Part shown: positions 8,005-18,148 of the stretch, in pieces
Layout: each line of letters begins with the position of its first letter
Numbering within the stretch: the first letter of the stretch is position 1
From: an uncultured Chloroflexia bacterium
GTDB taxonomy: Bacteria; Chloroflexota; Limnocylindria; Limnocylindrales; CSP1-4
Assembly: GCA_963746845.1 (NCBI GenBank)
Contig: CAVVCZ010000004.1
Span: 352,001 to 416,000, forward strand
DNA length: 64,000 nt
Reading direction: 5' to 3'
Notes under the pieces: generated by a model
The model's database searches: none
Seen by the model: the letters and a program-made list of their open reading frames with translations, nothing else
What the model was told of the DNA's origin: nothing
Program-made: the position numbers and the translations under genes

Positions 8005-9506
8005 CCGCGTTCCGAGGCAGTCGGCGGTCCGAACCAGGTGGTCAGCGCCTCGGCGAGCCCCAGCTGCGTCCCGTCTCCCACCCACGCCACGTATCCGTCT
8101 GGCCGGATCAGCACGGCGGAGGGGGCGGCGACCGCCCCGAGGGCCGGAAGCTCCCACGGACCGTCGGACCTGGCCTCGACCAGCCGAACCCGATCGGCCC
8201 ACGGCGTGATGTCGAAGCCGCCGGGCGTTCCAAGATCGATCAGCACCGGCCGGGCATCGTGCAACAGGCTGAAGACCCGCAGCGGGCCGTCGGCGGTGAC
8301 CAGGTCGAGATCGGGCATGCGGCGTCCGAGCAGCGCGTGGCCCACGCCGAGGTCGTAGTGAATGTCCAGGCCGGACATCATCGCGGCGAACCGTCGACGC
8401 GGCTCGTCCATGCTCAGGAGCTCGGACACGCTGTCGCGCAAGGCCTCGGTGCGCTCGTCGGCGCGCGTGAGCGCGACCTGCGCCATCGTGGTGCGGAGCA
8501 CGCGGGCACCGACGGGGTGCCGCTCGTCGTGGTACGTATCGAGCAGACGCTCCGGCGAGATCCCCTTGACCACCTGCGCCAGCTTCCATCCCAGGTTCAC
8601 CGCGTCCTGCACACCGGTATTGAGGCCCTGCCCACCCACCGGGGAGTGCACGTGGGCAGCGTCGCCGGCCAAGAGGACGCGTCCCTTGCGGTAGGCCGCG
8701 GCCTGGCGAGTCACGTCGGTGAACCGGGTGATCCAGGTGAGATCGTGGATCCCGTAATCGGTCCCGTACACGGCGATGAGGCCCTCGCGAAGGTCGCGCA
8801 GGGTGGGCTCGGCGGTGCCGACCTCCGGCTCGGTCAACATCACCCCGACCGTCCCGCCCGGCTTGTAGACCACCGCGCCGTCCTGGATCTCGTACTCGAC
8901 CTTGCCCAGGGCATGCGTGCCCGACGGCGTCCGGCGAATGCCCAGCTCGGGCTCCTCGGTCATCTCGACCTCGGCGAGCAGGGCGCTCGTCGTCGCATCC
9001 CAGCCGCGGAACTCGATGCCGGCTTCCTTGCGGACCAGGCTGCGTCCTCCGTCGCACCCGACGAGATACGGCGCCCAGAGGCGTCGACCGTCGGACAGCA
9101 CGACGTCCACGCCATCGTCGTCCTGCGCGAACCCGGTCACCTCGGTGCCGTAGTGGATCGGGACCTTCAGCTCGGCGACCCAGCCCGCGAGGATGCGCTC
9201 GATATGTCGCTGCCACAGACCCAGCCCGTAGGGATGCCGGGTGGGAAAGTCGCTGATGTCCAGCCGGATCATTGCGAACCCGGCGACCTGGGCCACCTGC
9301 CCCTCGGCAAGGAATCGATCGGCGAAACCGCGCTGATCGAGGACCTCGATCGTGCGTGACTGCAGGCCGCCGGCGCGCGAGCCCGGGAGGTCCTGGTCCG
9401 GGCGCCGCTCGACGATGACGGAGTCGACGCCGGCGAGGGCCAGCTCGCCCGCCAGCATCAGCCCCGTCGGACCAGCTCCGGTGATCACCACCGCATGCCC
9501 GGTCAT
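8001..9506 (-). CDS. FAD-dependent aromatic monooxygenase (PheA/TfdB; rifampicin monooxygenase-like architecture)
   Basis: GAGPTG, GCDGGRS, LAGDAAHVH-x3-GGQGLN and C-terminal LIRPDGYVAW. Confidence 0.9.
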   Translation of the reverse strand: MTGHAVVITGAGPTGLMLAGELALAGVDSVIVERRPDQDLPGSRAGGLQSRTIEVLDQRGFADRFLAEGQVAQVAGFAMIRLDISDFPTRHPYGLGLWQRHIERILAGWVAELKVPIHYGTEVTGFAQDDDGVDVVLSDGRRLWAPYLVGCDGGRSLVRKEAGIEFRGWDATTSALLAEVEMTEEPELGIRRTPSGTHALGKVEYEIQDGAVVYKPGGTVGVMLTEPEVGTAEPTLRDLREGLIAVYGTDYGIHDLTWITRFTDVTRQAAAYRKGRVLLAGDAAHVHSPVGGQGLNTGVQDAVNLGWKLAQVVKGISPERLLDTYHDERHPVGARVLRTTMAQVALTRADERTEALRDSVSELLSMDEPRRRFAAMMSGLDIHYDLGVGHALLGRRMPDLDLVTADGPLRVFSLLHDARPVLIDLGTPGGFDITPWADRVRLVEARSDGPWELPALGAVAAPSAVLIRPDGYVAWVGDGTQLGLAEALTTWFGPPTASERG

Positions 9507-9644
9507 CGCCGCGAACCCATGGGCTGATCGTGGTCCATGGCCGCGCGGTGGTCAACGGATGACACCTCGGGCGTTGCAACTGCGCCACCGAGTGTGGGAA
9601 ACCTCGCGTCCGCCCGACCCCAATGCCAAACTCCGGAGACCCGA

Positions 9645-10013
9645 TCAAGAAGTCTGCGTGGCTCCCGCGGTGCTGATCTCCCACTGACTGCCTTCACACG
9701 GCTTCGCAATCGTCGCGATGGTGCGCCCATCCTGGATCACGACGAATGTCCCTGTCATGCACGAGTGGAGCAGCGGACCGTTGAAACCCCGGGTAGCGCC
9801 GGGCGCGATCGTCTCAACGGCTTCTGGGTGGTCCAGACCGTCGCCCGACGTCTCATGGACAGTGACCTGCACAGTGCCACTGGTCAGGTTGGCGATCGTC
9901 ACGGGCCTCGCCGCTCCCATGTCGGAACAGCCCGCGACCAGCAGTGCGACGAGCGCGACGCCCACCCCGATCACGCTTGCCCGACGTTGAACATTGAGAC
10001 GAGCGCGTGTCAT
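9645..10013 (-). CDS. putative lipoprotein
   Basis: Basic N-terminus, hydrophobic core and LVAG-C lipobox. Confidence 0.6.
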   Translation of the reverse strand: MTRARLNVQRRASVIGVGVALVALLVAGCSDMGAARPVTIANLTSGTVQVTVHETSGDGLDHPEAVETIAPGATRGFNGPLLHSCMTGTFVVIQDGRTIATIAKPCEGSQWEISTAGATQTS

Positions 10014-10097
10014 GTGGCCATCGTCATCGACGACCGGGACTGACGCAAGAGATCGGCGGTTCCCACACCTTGTGGCGCTGCGGGCTCTTCCCTGCTC

Positions 10098-10127
10098 TTG
10101 ACATGTGACAAGCGAGTCACATATATT
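10098..10127 (+). promoter_or_regulatory. sigma70-type promoter (TTGACA-N18-TATATT) overlapped by the palindromic operator ATGTGAC-N6-GTCACAT
   Basis: Seen directly; GTG at 10135 is 7 nt after the -10 box; probable ArsR autoregulation site. Confidence 0.75.
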
Positions 10128-10134
10128 CGCGGCT

Positions 10135-10920
10135 GTGGACGAGATGGCGGCGATCTTCCGAGCGCTGGGCGATCCCAGCCGGCGCCTGCTCCTCGATCGG
10201 CTGTTCGATCGCGACGGACAGACCCTCGGCGAGCTGTGCACCTGGCTGCCGGAGATGACCCGGTTCGGCGTGATGCGCCACCTCGACGTTCTCGAGGAGG
10301 CCGGCCTGATCGAGACGCGGAAGGTCGGCCGCGAGAAGCACCACTACCTGAACCCCGTCCCGATCCGGCTCGTCGCCGATCGCTGGATCGGCAAGTTCGC
10401 CGAGCCGGTCGTCGGGCGGATGACCGCGATCAAGCACGACCTGGAGGCACCCGCGATGCTCGCACCCGATCACGTCTACTCGGTCTACATCCGGGCCACG
10501 CCGGACCGCGTCTGGCGAGCGATCACCGACGGCGTCGAGACCGAGCGCTACTACTACGGTACCCACGTCGATTCCGACTGGTCGAAGGGCGGCCGGGTCG
10601 CCTACTCCTATCCGGACGGCTCCGTGGCCGCCGACGGGGAGGTGATCGACATCGACCCGGGGCGGTTCGTCACGATGACGTTCCATCCGCGCTGGAGCCC
10701 GGAGGTCGACGCCGAGGGCCCGGTCCGGATGACATGGGCGATCGAGCCGGCCGGACCGGAGACGTCGAAGCTGACCGTCACGACGGCCGGGATCCAGGAG
10801 GGCGGCGCGATCGCGCGCGAATTCGCCGGCGGCACGGTGTTCATCGTGTCGGGGCTGAAGACGTACCTGGAGACGGGCGAGTCGATCGCGTCCGCGCCGG
10901 AGCCCGCGACGGCGGGCTGA
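10135..10920 (+). CDS. ArsR-family regulator fused to an SRPBCC/AHSA1 domain
   Basis: FRALGDPSRR...HLDVLEEAGLI winged HTH, followed by YIRATPDRVWRAITD. Confidence 0.9.
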   Translation: MDEMAAIFRALGDPSRRLLLDRLFDRDGQTLGELCTWLPEMTRFGVMRHLDVLEEAGLIETRKVGREKHHYLNPVPIRLVADRWIGKFAEPVVGRMTAIKHDLEAPAMLAPDHVYSVYIRATPDRVWRAITDGVETERYYYGTHVDSDWSKGGRVAYSYPDGSVAADGEVIDIDPGRFVTMTFHPRWSPEVDAEGPVRMTWAIEPAGPETSKLTVTTAGIQEGGAIAREFAGGTVFIVSGLKTYLETGESIASAPEPATAG

Positions 10921-10946
10921 CGGGGCACCGCCCGCGATGCGCCGAG

Positions 10947-11074
10947 TGCGTCAAACGACGCCCGGCGCCCGCCCCACCGGACGATAGACGCGCCTGCCGC
11001 GCCAAACGTCGGCTGAACGGCCCGGATCGGCCGGGATCGGGCCCGCGCGGCACGTCCAGCGGTCGTTTGACGCA
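10947..11074. repeat. 128-bp intergenic element with perfect 13-bp terminal inverted repeats (TGCGTCAAACGAC/GTCGTTTGACGCA)
   Basis: Seen directly. Confidence 0.6.
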
Positions 11075-11111
11075 GCGGCTGCATCGCGGGCGGGGCTCAC
11101 CCACGCAGCAC

Positions 11112-11143
11112 GAGGCCCGACCCCTCCGAAGGGGTCGGGCCTC
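11112..11143. terminator. strong hairpin between convergent genes
   Basis: GAGGCCCGACCCCT-CCGA-AGGGGTCGGGCCTC, a 14-bp perfect stem. Confidence 0.75.
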
Positions 11144-11164
11144 ATGACCTTGCGACGAACGGGA

Positions 11165-11503
11165 CTACATGATCCCGACGACGTGACCCTCCGGATCGGC
11201 GAAGAGCGCGATCGTCGTCTCGGGCGCTACCTCGGTCAGGGGCATGAGCACCCGCCCACCCTTGGCCGCCACCTTGTCGAGGACGCCCTGCGCGTTCTCG
11301 GTGTGGACGTAGAACGTGACGTGGCCGATCGTCCCGTCCTGCGACGCGCCGATCCCGCCGCTGACGCCGCTGTCCTGACGGACCATCCCGTACCCGCCGG
11401 GATTGTTCTTGTCGAGGTCCCAGCCGAAGATGTCCTCATAGAAGGACTGGAGTGCGGCTCCGTCCTTGCCACGGACCTCGACGTGCACGATCTGGGCTCC
11501 CAT
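11165..11503 (-). CDS. VOC/glyoxalase family protein
   Basis: IVHVEV...FYEDIFGW...FADPEGHVVG; GGAGG SD. Confidence 0.88.
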   Translation of the reverse strand: MGAQIVHVEVRGKDGAALQSFYEDIFGWDLDKNNPGGYGMVRQDSGVSGGIGASQDGTIGHVTFYVHTENAQGVLDKVAAKGGRVLMPLTEVAPETTIALFADPEGHVVGIM

Positions 11504-11849
11504 GGCACAACCTCCTCGATTCGTTGTTCGGCGGCCCGTCGGGTCCGCCCCTTCATCTGCACGACGAACGGCCACGGACGGAATCGACAGGCGGATCGCC
11601 CTGGGAACCGATCCGCGTTCGCCGACGAAATCCGGAGTGGCGAGGCATTCCACCGCAACCTGATCACCCCATCAGTGTTCAACGGCGTTACACTTCGAGC
11701 AGCGGACCACGGACGGATCGCGCGCACCTACGGACGCCGCAAGCGAGCCCATCCGCCGGCCCGATCGTCGACATCTGGCAGCTCGTCGCGAGGGGAGCGG
11801 GACGGGCCAGTGAACGCCCCCATCGTGGGGTGGAGGAGGACGGTCGCGC

Positions 11850-12722
11850 ATGATCCCGGCACCCTTCGATTACGCTCGTCCGCCGGATCTGGACGGCGCC
11901 CTCAAGCTCCTTGCCGATCACGAGGGTGAGGCCAAGATCCTGTCGGGCGGCTACAGCCTCCTGCCCCTGCTGAAGCTGCGCCTCGCGCAGCCCGGCCTCC
12001 TCGTCGACATCCAGGACGTCACCGGGCTCGACGGGATCGTCGAGACGGACGACGAGCTCCGGATCGGCGCGCGGGCCACCCATCGCCAGATCCACGAGAG
12101 CGCGATCATCGGACGCTATCCGCTGCTCCACGACGTGTCGGGCGGGATCGGCGATCCGCAGGTCCGCAACTGGGGCACGATCGGCGGCTCCGTCGCGCAC
12201 GCCGACCCGGCCTCCGATTGGCCGGCCGCGCTCCTCGCCGTCAACGCGCGGGTCGTCTGCCGCGGGCGCAACGGCGAGCGCCAGATCGCGGCCCGCGACT
12301 TCTTCCTCGACACGTTCACGACGGCCATCGAGCCGACCGAGGTCCTGACCGAGATCCGCTTCGGCCGCCGGCCACGCGGCCAGGGTGGCGCCTACACGAA
12401 GCTCGAGCGACGGGTCGGCGACTTCGCGACCGCCGGCGTCGCGGCGGTTGTCCGGGTGGGCGACGGCGGATCGATCGGGTTCGCCGGGATCGGCGTGACC
12501 GGCGTCTCCGGCTCACCATTCGCCGCGACGGACGCCGAGGCCGCCCTGACCGGCAAGGTGGCCTCCGACGACGTGTTCCGGGCGGCTGGATCGGCGGCCG
12601 CCGCGATGAGCGAGCCCGCGGCGGACCTCCGCGGTCCCGTCGACTACAAGCGGGCGATGGTCGCCGAGCTCACCGTTCGATCGCTCCGCAAGGCGGTCGA
12701 GCGCGCGCTGGCGTACGCGTGA
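11850..12722 (+). CDS. coxM: aerobic CO dehydrogenase medium (FAD) subunit
   Basis: MIPAPFDY, GGYSLLPLLKLR and TIGGSVAHADP; adjacent to coxS and coxL. Confidence 0.92.
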   Translation: MIPAPFDYARPPDLDGALKLLADHEGEAKILSGGYSLLPLLKLRLAQPGLLVDIQDVTGLDGIVETDDELRIGARATHRQIHESAIIGRYPLLHDVSGGIGDPQVRNWGTIGGSVAHADPASDWPAALLAVNARVVCRGRNGERQIAARDFFLDTFTTAIEPTEVLTEIRFGRRPRGQGGAYTKLERRVGDFATAGVAAVVRVGDGGSIGFAGIGVTGVSGSPFAATDAEAALTGKVASDDVFRAAGSAAAAMSEPAADLRGPVDYKRAMVAELTVRSLRKAVERALAYA

Positions 12723-12815
12723 GGGAGCGACGATGACCAATCCTCGGGCCAATGGCCTCGCGGAGCTCGGCCTTGGACCTCGGAGAGCCCCGTCCTGTTC
12801 CACGGAGACACGACC

Positions 12816-13352
12816 GTGACGAATCAGCACATCAGGGTTACCGTCAACGGCGAGGCCCGCGAGGCCGACGTCGAGCCGCGGCTCCTCCTTGTCCACCTGC
12901 TCCGCGACGTCTTCGGGCTGACCGGGACGCACATCGGCTGCGACACGAGCAACTGCGGCGCGTGCACGGTCCACGTCAACGGCCGGAGTGCGAAGTCGTG
13001 CACGATGCTCGCGGTCCAGGCCGACGGCGCCGAGATCAAGACGATCGAGGGGATGGTCGACGGGGCCACCCTCCATCCGCTCCAGCAGGCGTTCTGGGAC
13101 CAGCACGGTCTCCAGTGCGGGTTCTGCACCCCCGGGATGATCATGCAGGCCGCCTGGCTGCTCGACGAGAACCCGAGCCCATCCGAGGCAGAGATCCGCG
13201 AGGGGATCAGCGGCAACCTCTGTCGCTGCACCGGCTACGTGAACATCGTGAAGGCGATCCAGCAGGCGGCGGGCGAGCTCAGCACGAGCGAGTCGGCGCC
13301 CGTCGTGGCCGCCGCGACCACCGACGGCCAGGCCGTCGCGGCGGAGGCATGA
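12816..13352 (+). CDS. coxS: CO dehydrogenase small (2Fe-2S) subunit
   Basis: [15 protein letters not shown] and CRC motifs. Confidence 0.93.
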   Translation: MTNQHIRVTVNGEAREADVEPRLLLVHLLRDVFGLTGTHIGCDTSNCGACTVHVNGRSAKSCTMLAVQADGAEIKTIEGMVDGATLHPLQQAFWDQHGLQCGFCTPGMIMQAAWLLDENPSPSEAEIREGISGNLCRCTGYVNIVKAIQQAAGELSTSESAPVVAAATTDGQAVAAEA

Positions 13353-13353
13353 G

Positions 13354-15723
13354 ATGACGACCGACGCACCCCTCCAGACGACCCCCGAGGTCGGGGGCAT
13401 GGGTCACTCCGTCAAGCGCAAGGAGGACCCCCGGTTCATCCGGGGAAAGGGCGAGTACATCGACGACGTCAACCTCCCGGGCCAGCTCTGGCTCGACATC
13501 GTCCGCAGCCCGTATGCCCACGCCACGATCAAGGGCATCGACGCCAGCGAGGCGTTGAAGGTCCCGGGCGTGGTCGCCGTGATCACCGGCGCCGACCTCG
13601 AGAAGGCCGGTCTCCACTGGATGCCGACCCTCGCGGGCGACAAGCAGATGGTCCTGCCGACGACGACCGTGATGTACCAGGCCCAGGAGGTCGCGGCCAT
13701 CGTCGCCACCTCGCGCTACGCGGCCGCCGACGGCGTGGCCGCCGTGATGGTCGACTACGAGCCGCTGCCGGTCATCGTCGACCCGCACAAGGCGCTCGAG
13801 CCGGATGCGTTCGTCCTCCGTCCGGACCGGGGTCCGGACAAGCAGAACAACCACATCTGGCACTGGGAATCGGGGGACAAGGCCAAGGCCGATGCGGCGA
13901 TGGCCGCCGCCGAGGTCCACGTCGAAGAGGACATCTACATCCCGCGGATCCACGTCGCGTCGATCGAGACGTGCGGCTGCGTCGCCGACTGGGACGCCGT
14001 CCGCGGCCAGCTGACCCTCCACATGACCACCCAGGCGCCGCACGCGATCCGGACGGTCCTCGCCCTGGTCTCCGGCCTGCCGGAGCAGAACATCCGGGTG
14101 AAGACCCACGACATCGGCGGCGGCTTCGGCGGCAAGGTGCCGGTCTACCCCGGCTACGTCCTCGCGGTCGTCGCCAGCCTGACCGTCGGCAAGCCGATCA
14201 AGTGGATCGAGGATCGCTCGGAGAACCTCCAGGCGGACTCGTTCGCCCGGGACTACCACATCCACGCCGAGATGAGCGCCACCAAGGCGGGCAAGATCAC
14301 CGGCCTCAAGGTCCGGACGATCGCCGACCACGGCTACACCGATGCCGCGGCCGACCCGTCGAAGTTCCCGGCCGGGCTGTTCAACGTCATCACCGGCTCG
14401 TACGACTTCCAGAACGCGTTCGTCGAGGTCGACGGCGTCTACACGAACAAGCCGCCGGGCGGCGTCGCCTACCGCTGCTCGTTCCGGGTGACCGAGGCCG
14501 TCCACGCGATCGAGCGGATGGTCGACATCCTCGCCCACGACATCGGCAAGGACCCGGCCCAGCTCCGGATGGAGAACTTCATCCAGCCCGACCAGTTCCC
14601 GTACGCCACGCCGACGGGCTGGTCGTACGACTCGGGCAACTACCCGGCCGCCCTCCAGAAGGCGATGGACATGATCGACTACGCCGGGCTCCGCCGGGAG
14701 CAGGCGGAGAAGCGGGCCCGTGGCGAGCTGATGGGCATCGGGATCAGCAGCTTCACCGAGATCGTCGGCGCGGGACCGTCCCACGACTTCGACATCCTCG
14801 GGATCAAGATGTTCGACTCGTGCGAGATCCGGGTCCACCCGACGGGCAAGGTCATCGCCCGGCTCGGCGTCCAGTCGCAGGGCCAGGGCCACGAAACCAC
14901 CTTCGCCCAGATCATCGCCGAGGAGCTCGGCTTCCCGGTCGCCGACATCAAGATCGAGGAAGGCGACACGGATACCGCGCCGTATGGGCTCGGGACCTAT
15001 GCGTCACGCTCGACACCGGTCGCCGGCGCCGCCACGGCCGTCGCCGCGCGCAAGATCAAGGAGAAGGCCCGGCACATCGCCGCGCATCTCCTCGAGGCGA
15101 GCGCGGACGATCTCGAGTGGTCCAACGGGAAGTGGAGCGTCAAGGGCTCACCCGAGCGCTTCAAGACCATCCAGGAGATCGCCTTCGCGGCCTACACCAA
15201 CCATCCGGCCGGGATGGAGGCCGGCCTCGAGGCCGTCGACTACTACGACCCGCCGAACCTGACGTTCCCGTTCGGCAGCTACATCTGCGTCGTCGACATC
15301 GACAAGGGGACCGGTGAGGTCCACGTCCGCCGCTTCGTCGCGATCGACGACTGCGGCAACATCATCAACCCGATGATCGTCGACGGCCAGATCCACGGCG
15401 GGCTCACGATGGGCCTGGCGCCGGCACTGTACGAGTCGATCACCTACGACGACAACGGCAACAACCTCGCCGGCACGTTCATGGACTACCTCCTCCCGAC
15501 CGCGGTCGAGACTCCGGCGTGGGAGGTCGGCAAGACGGTCACGCCGTCGCCGCATCACCCGATCGGCGCGAAGGGCGTCGGGGAGTCGGCCACCGTCGGC
15601 GCCCCGCCGGCGATCGCGAACGCCGTCGTCGATGCCCTGTGGCATCTCGGCGTCCGCAACATCGACATCCCGATCACCCCCCAGAAGGTCTGGGCGATCC
15701 TGCACGAGAAGGGCGTCTCGTAG
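13354..15723 (+). CDS. coxL: form I CO dehydrogenase large (Mo-Cu) subunit
   Basis: Active-site signature AYRCSFR and coxMSL gene order. Confidence 0.96.
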   Translation: MTTDAPLQTTPEVGGMGHSVKRKEDPRFIRGKGEYIDDVNLPGQLWLDIVRSPYAHATIKGIDASEALKVPGVVAVITGADLEKAGLHWMPTLAGDKQMVLPTTTVMYQAQEVAAIVATSRYAAADGVAAVMVDYEPLPVIVDPHKALEPDAFVLRPDRGPDKQNNHIWHWESGDKAKADAAMAAAEVHVEEDIYIPRIHVASIETCGCVADWDAVRGQLTLHMTTQAPHAIRTVLALVSGLPEQNIRVKTHDIGGGFGGKVPVYPGYVLAVVASLTVGKPIKWIEDRSENLQADSFARDYHIHAEMSATKAGKITGLKVRTIADHGYTDAAADPSKFPAGLFNVITGSYDFQNAFVEVDGVYTNKPPGGVAYRCSFRVTEAVHAIERMVDILAHDIGKDPAQLRMENFIQPDQFPYATPTGWSYDSGNYPAALQKAMDMIDYAGLRREQAEKRARGELMGIGISSFTEIVGAGPSHDFDILGIKMFDSCEIRVHPTGKVIARLGVQSQGQGHETTFAQIIAEELGFPVADIKIEEGDTDTAPYGLGTYASRSTPVAGAATAVAARKIKEKARHIAAHLLEASADDLEWSNGKWSVKGSPERFKTIQEIAFAAYTNHPAGMEAGLEAVDYYDPPNLTFPFGSYICVVDIDKGTGEVHVRRFVAIDDCGNIINPMIVDGQIHGGLTMGLAPALYESITYDDNGNNLAGTFMDYLLPTAVETPAWEVGKTVTPSPHHPIGAKGVGESATVGAPPAIANAVVDALWHLGVRNIDIPITPQKVWAILHEKGVS

Positions 15724-15757
15724 GGCTCCGCCCGGCGAACGTTCCGGACCCGCGTCC

Positions 15758-16804
15758 ATGACCCGCAGCGTCTTCGCGAGGGCGGCCGAGCTCGAAGAGG
15801 CCGGCCGCCCGTTCGTCGTCGCGACCGTCGTCGCCGTCGCCCGGCCGACGTCCGCGCGACCCGGCGCGAGCGGCATCGTCCACCCCGACGGCACGATCGA
15901 GGGCTGGGTCGGCGGCAGCTGCGCCCAGCCCGTGGTCGTCCGCGAGGCGCTCCATGCGATGGCCGACGGCCAGCCCCGCCTCCTCCGCCTGTCGAAGGAC
16001 GGGCCGGCCGAGGGGCGGCGCGCCGACGGCGTCATCGAGCTCGTGATGACCTGCCACTCCGGTGGCACCCTGGAGATCTACGTGGAACCGCATCTCCCCG
16101 CGCCGCTCCTGTGGGTCGCCGGCACGACCCCGATCGCCGGCGCCCTCGCCACGCTCGGTGCCGCCTCCGGATGGCGCGTCTCGGTCTTCGACCCGTTCGC
16201 GGCCGCGGAGGACTTCCCGGCGGCGGAGCGGGTCAGCCCGGAGGTGGCGCTCGGTCGCGTCGACCCGGAGTCGAGCCCGTACATCGTCGTCGCGACGCAG
16301 GGCCAGTGGGACGAGGAGGCCCTGGCCGCCGGGCTCCGCCGGAATGCCTCCTACGTCGGGCTCGTCGCCTCACCGACGCGGGCGAACGTCGTCCGCCAGT
16401 GGCTCCGCGACGAGACCGGTCTCGCCGAGGAGCGGCTCGCCGCGCTCCGCGCCCCGGCGGGCATGGACCTCGGCGCGGAGACGCCCGAGGAGATCGCGCT
16501 CTCGATCCTCGCCGAGCTGGTCCAGGTCCGGCGCGGTCGCGCCCCGTTCGTCGCGGCGCCCGGTCCGGCGACGCTCAGCGGTGACGCGGCCATGGCCGTC
16601 CAGCCGCTCCAGCCCGTGGTCGACGACATCGTCCTCGTCGACCCGGTCTGCGGGATGACGGTGGATCGCTCGACGGCTCGCCACCTCGCCGAGCACGACG
16701 GCACGGTCTACGCGTTCTGCTCGATCGGCTGCCGGACGCGGTTCATCAAGGAGCCGTCGGAGTATCTGTCCGCTCCCGGCACGCACTCCATGGAGGCCTC
16801 ATGA
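15758..16804 (+). CDS. XdhC/CoxF-CoxI family maturation protein with C-terminal YHS domain
   Basis: GWVGGSC, CHSGG and GAETPEEIALSI; C-terminal DPVCGM...FCSIGC. Confidence 0.88.
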   Translation: MTRSVFARAAELEEAGRPFVVATVVAVARPTSARPGASGIVHPDGTIEGWVGGSCAQPVVVREALHAMADGQPRLLRLSKDGPAEGRRADGVIELVMTCHSGGTLEIYVEPHLPAPLLWVAGTTPIAGALATLGAASGWRVSVFDPFAAAEDFPAAERVSPEVALGRVDPESSPYIVVATQGQWDEEALAAGLRRNASYVGLVASPTRANVVRQWLRDETGLAEERLAALRAPAGMDLGAETPEEIALSILAELVQVRRGRAPFVAAPGPATLSGDAAMAVQPLQPVVDDIVLVDPVCGMTVDRSTARHLAEHDGTVYAFCSIGCRTRFIKEPSEYLSAPGTHSMEAS

Positions 16805-17241
16805 AGTTCGAGGGAACCGTCGACATCGCCGCGCCGCGTGACAAGGTCTGGGCCTTCGTCATCGATCCGAACCAGGTCGGCCAGTGCGGGCCGGGGGTCG
16901 AATCGATCGAGGTCATCGACGACACGCACTTCAAGGCGACGGCGAAGGTGGGGATCGGCTTCATCAGCGCACGGTTCGTCGTGAACATGGAGATGGCGGA
17001 GCAGCAGCCGCCGGACCGGGCGGTGATCAAGGCCCACGGCCAGGCGCCCGGCAGCGCGGTCGACGCGACGGCCCAGATGACGCTCAGCGACGGCGAATCC
17101 GGCGGGACCCGGATGGACTGGAGCGCGGACGTCGCGATCTCCGGCAGCCTCGCGTCGCTCGGCGCGCGCCTGATCGAGGGGACCGCGAACAAGATGATCG
17201 GCCAGACCTTCGAGTGCATGAAGGAGAAGCTCGAGGGGTAG
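16801..17241 (+). CDS. coxG: CO dehydrogenase subunit G (SRPBCC)
   Basis: VWAFVIDP...CGPG...GSLASLGARLI; located in the cox cluster. Confidence 0.85.
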   Translation: MKFEGTVDIAAPRDKVWAFVIDPNQVGQCGPGVESIEVIDDTHFKATAKVGIGFISARFVVNMEMAEQQPPDRAVIKAHGQAPGSAVDATAQMTLSDGESGGTRMDWSADVAISGSLASLGARLIEGTANKMIGQTFECMKEKLEG

Positions 17242-17274
17242 GGAAGGGCGGCCGGCCGGCCCGACCGGAGCACG

Positions 17275-17913
17275 ATGGAGCGGATCAGCCGGGTCGTCGG
17301 CCCGGTGGCGACCAACGTCCACGTCCTTGCGGATCCGCGCACGCGCGAGGCCATCGCGATCGATACGGCGATCCCGTCGCTGGCCTGGATCGCCGACGAG
17401 CTGGCCGCCCGCGACTGGACGCTCAAGCTCATCGTCTCCACGCACGGGCACTGGGACCACATCGGGGACAACGCCGCGGTGTCGGCCGCCACGGGCGCCG
17501 AGATCGCCGTGCATGCCCTGGACCGGGAGGCGCTGATCCGGCCGATGCCGCTCTGGGCGCCGTTCGAGATCCCGCCGTCCGTGCCGGCGGTCGAGCTCGC
17601 CGAGGGCGGCGAGATCCGGTTCGGCGAGATCCGGCTCCAGGTGCTCCACACGCCGGGCCACACCCCGGGCTCGGTCTGCCTGCTCTCGAACGACGATGGG
17701 CTGCTGCTCAGCGGCGACACGCTGTTCGCGGGCGGCTGGGGCCGGACGGACCTGCCGGGCGGCTCCGAGGCGGCGATCGCGGAGTCGCTCGTGCGCCTGT
17801 CCGAGCTCGAGGCGCCGGTGACGGTCCTGCCCGGCCACGGCCCGTCGACGACGATCGGCCGCGAGCGGCCGTGGCTGGAGCTGGTGCGGTCGACCGGGCG
17901 GCTGCCCGCCTGA
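17275..17913 (+). CDS. MBL-fold hydrolase (glyoxalase II-like)
   Basis: THGHWDH, HTPGHT, SGDTLF and PGHG. Confidence 0.9.
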   Translation: MERISRVVGPVATNVHVLADPRTREAIAIDTAIPSLAWIADELAARDWTLKLIVSTHGHWDHIGDNAAVSAATGAEIAVHALDREALIRPMPLWAPFEIPPSVPAVELAEGGEIRFGEIRLQVLHTPGHTPGSVCLLSNDDGLLLSGDTLFAGGWGRTDLPGGSEAAIAESLVRLSELEAPVTVLPGHGPSTTIGRERPWLELVRSTGRLPA

Positions 17914-18148
17914 ATCGGACGCTTCCGTTGCGGCCATGGGTCACCGACGTGCTCGAATGCGGAACGTCGGCCGTCCCTGCCGGACATGTCGTCGACACAT
18001 GCTCGAACGGTGTCGCACGGATCCGGGCGATCAGGGACCAACCGGCGACGTCCCACGATGGGCCACGCACATCAGCGGACAGGCGTACCCGGGCGGGGCG
18101 GGGCCCCCGCGCCGGGCGGGGCGGGGCCCGGCGCCTCGCGCCGCCTCG

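Noticed and set aside
10104-10121. CRP site (TGTGA...TCACA)
   Set aside because: The spacer is 8 bp rather than 6; better explained as the ArsR operator.
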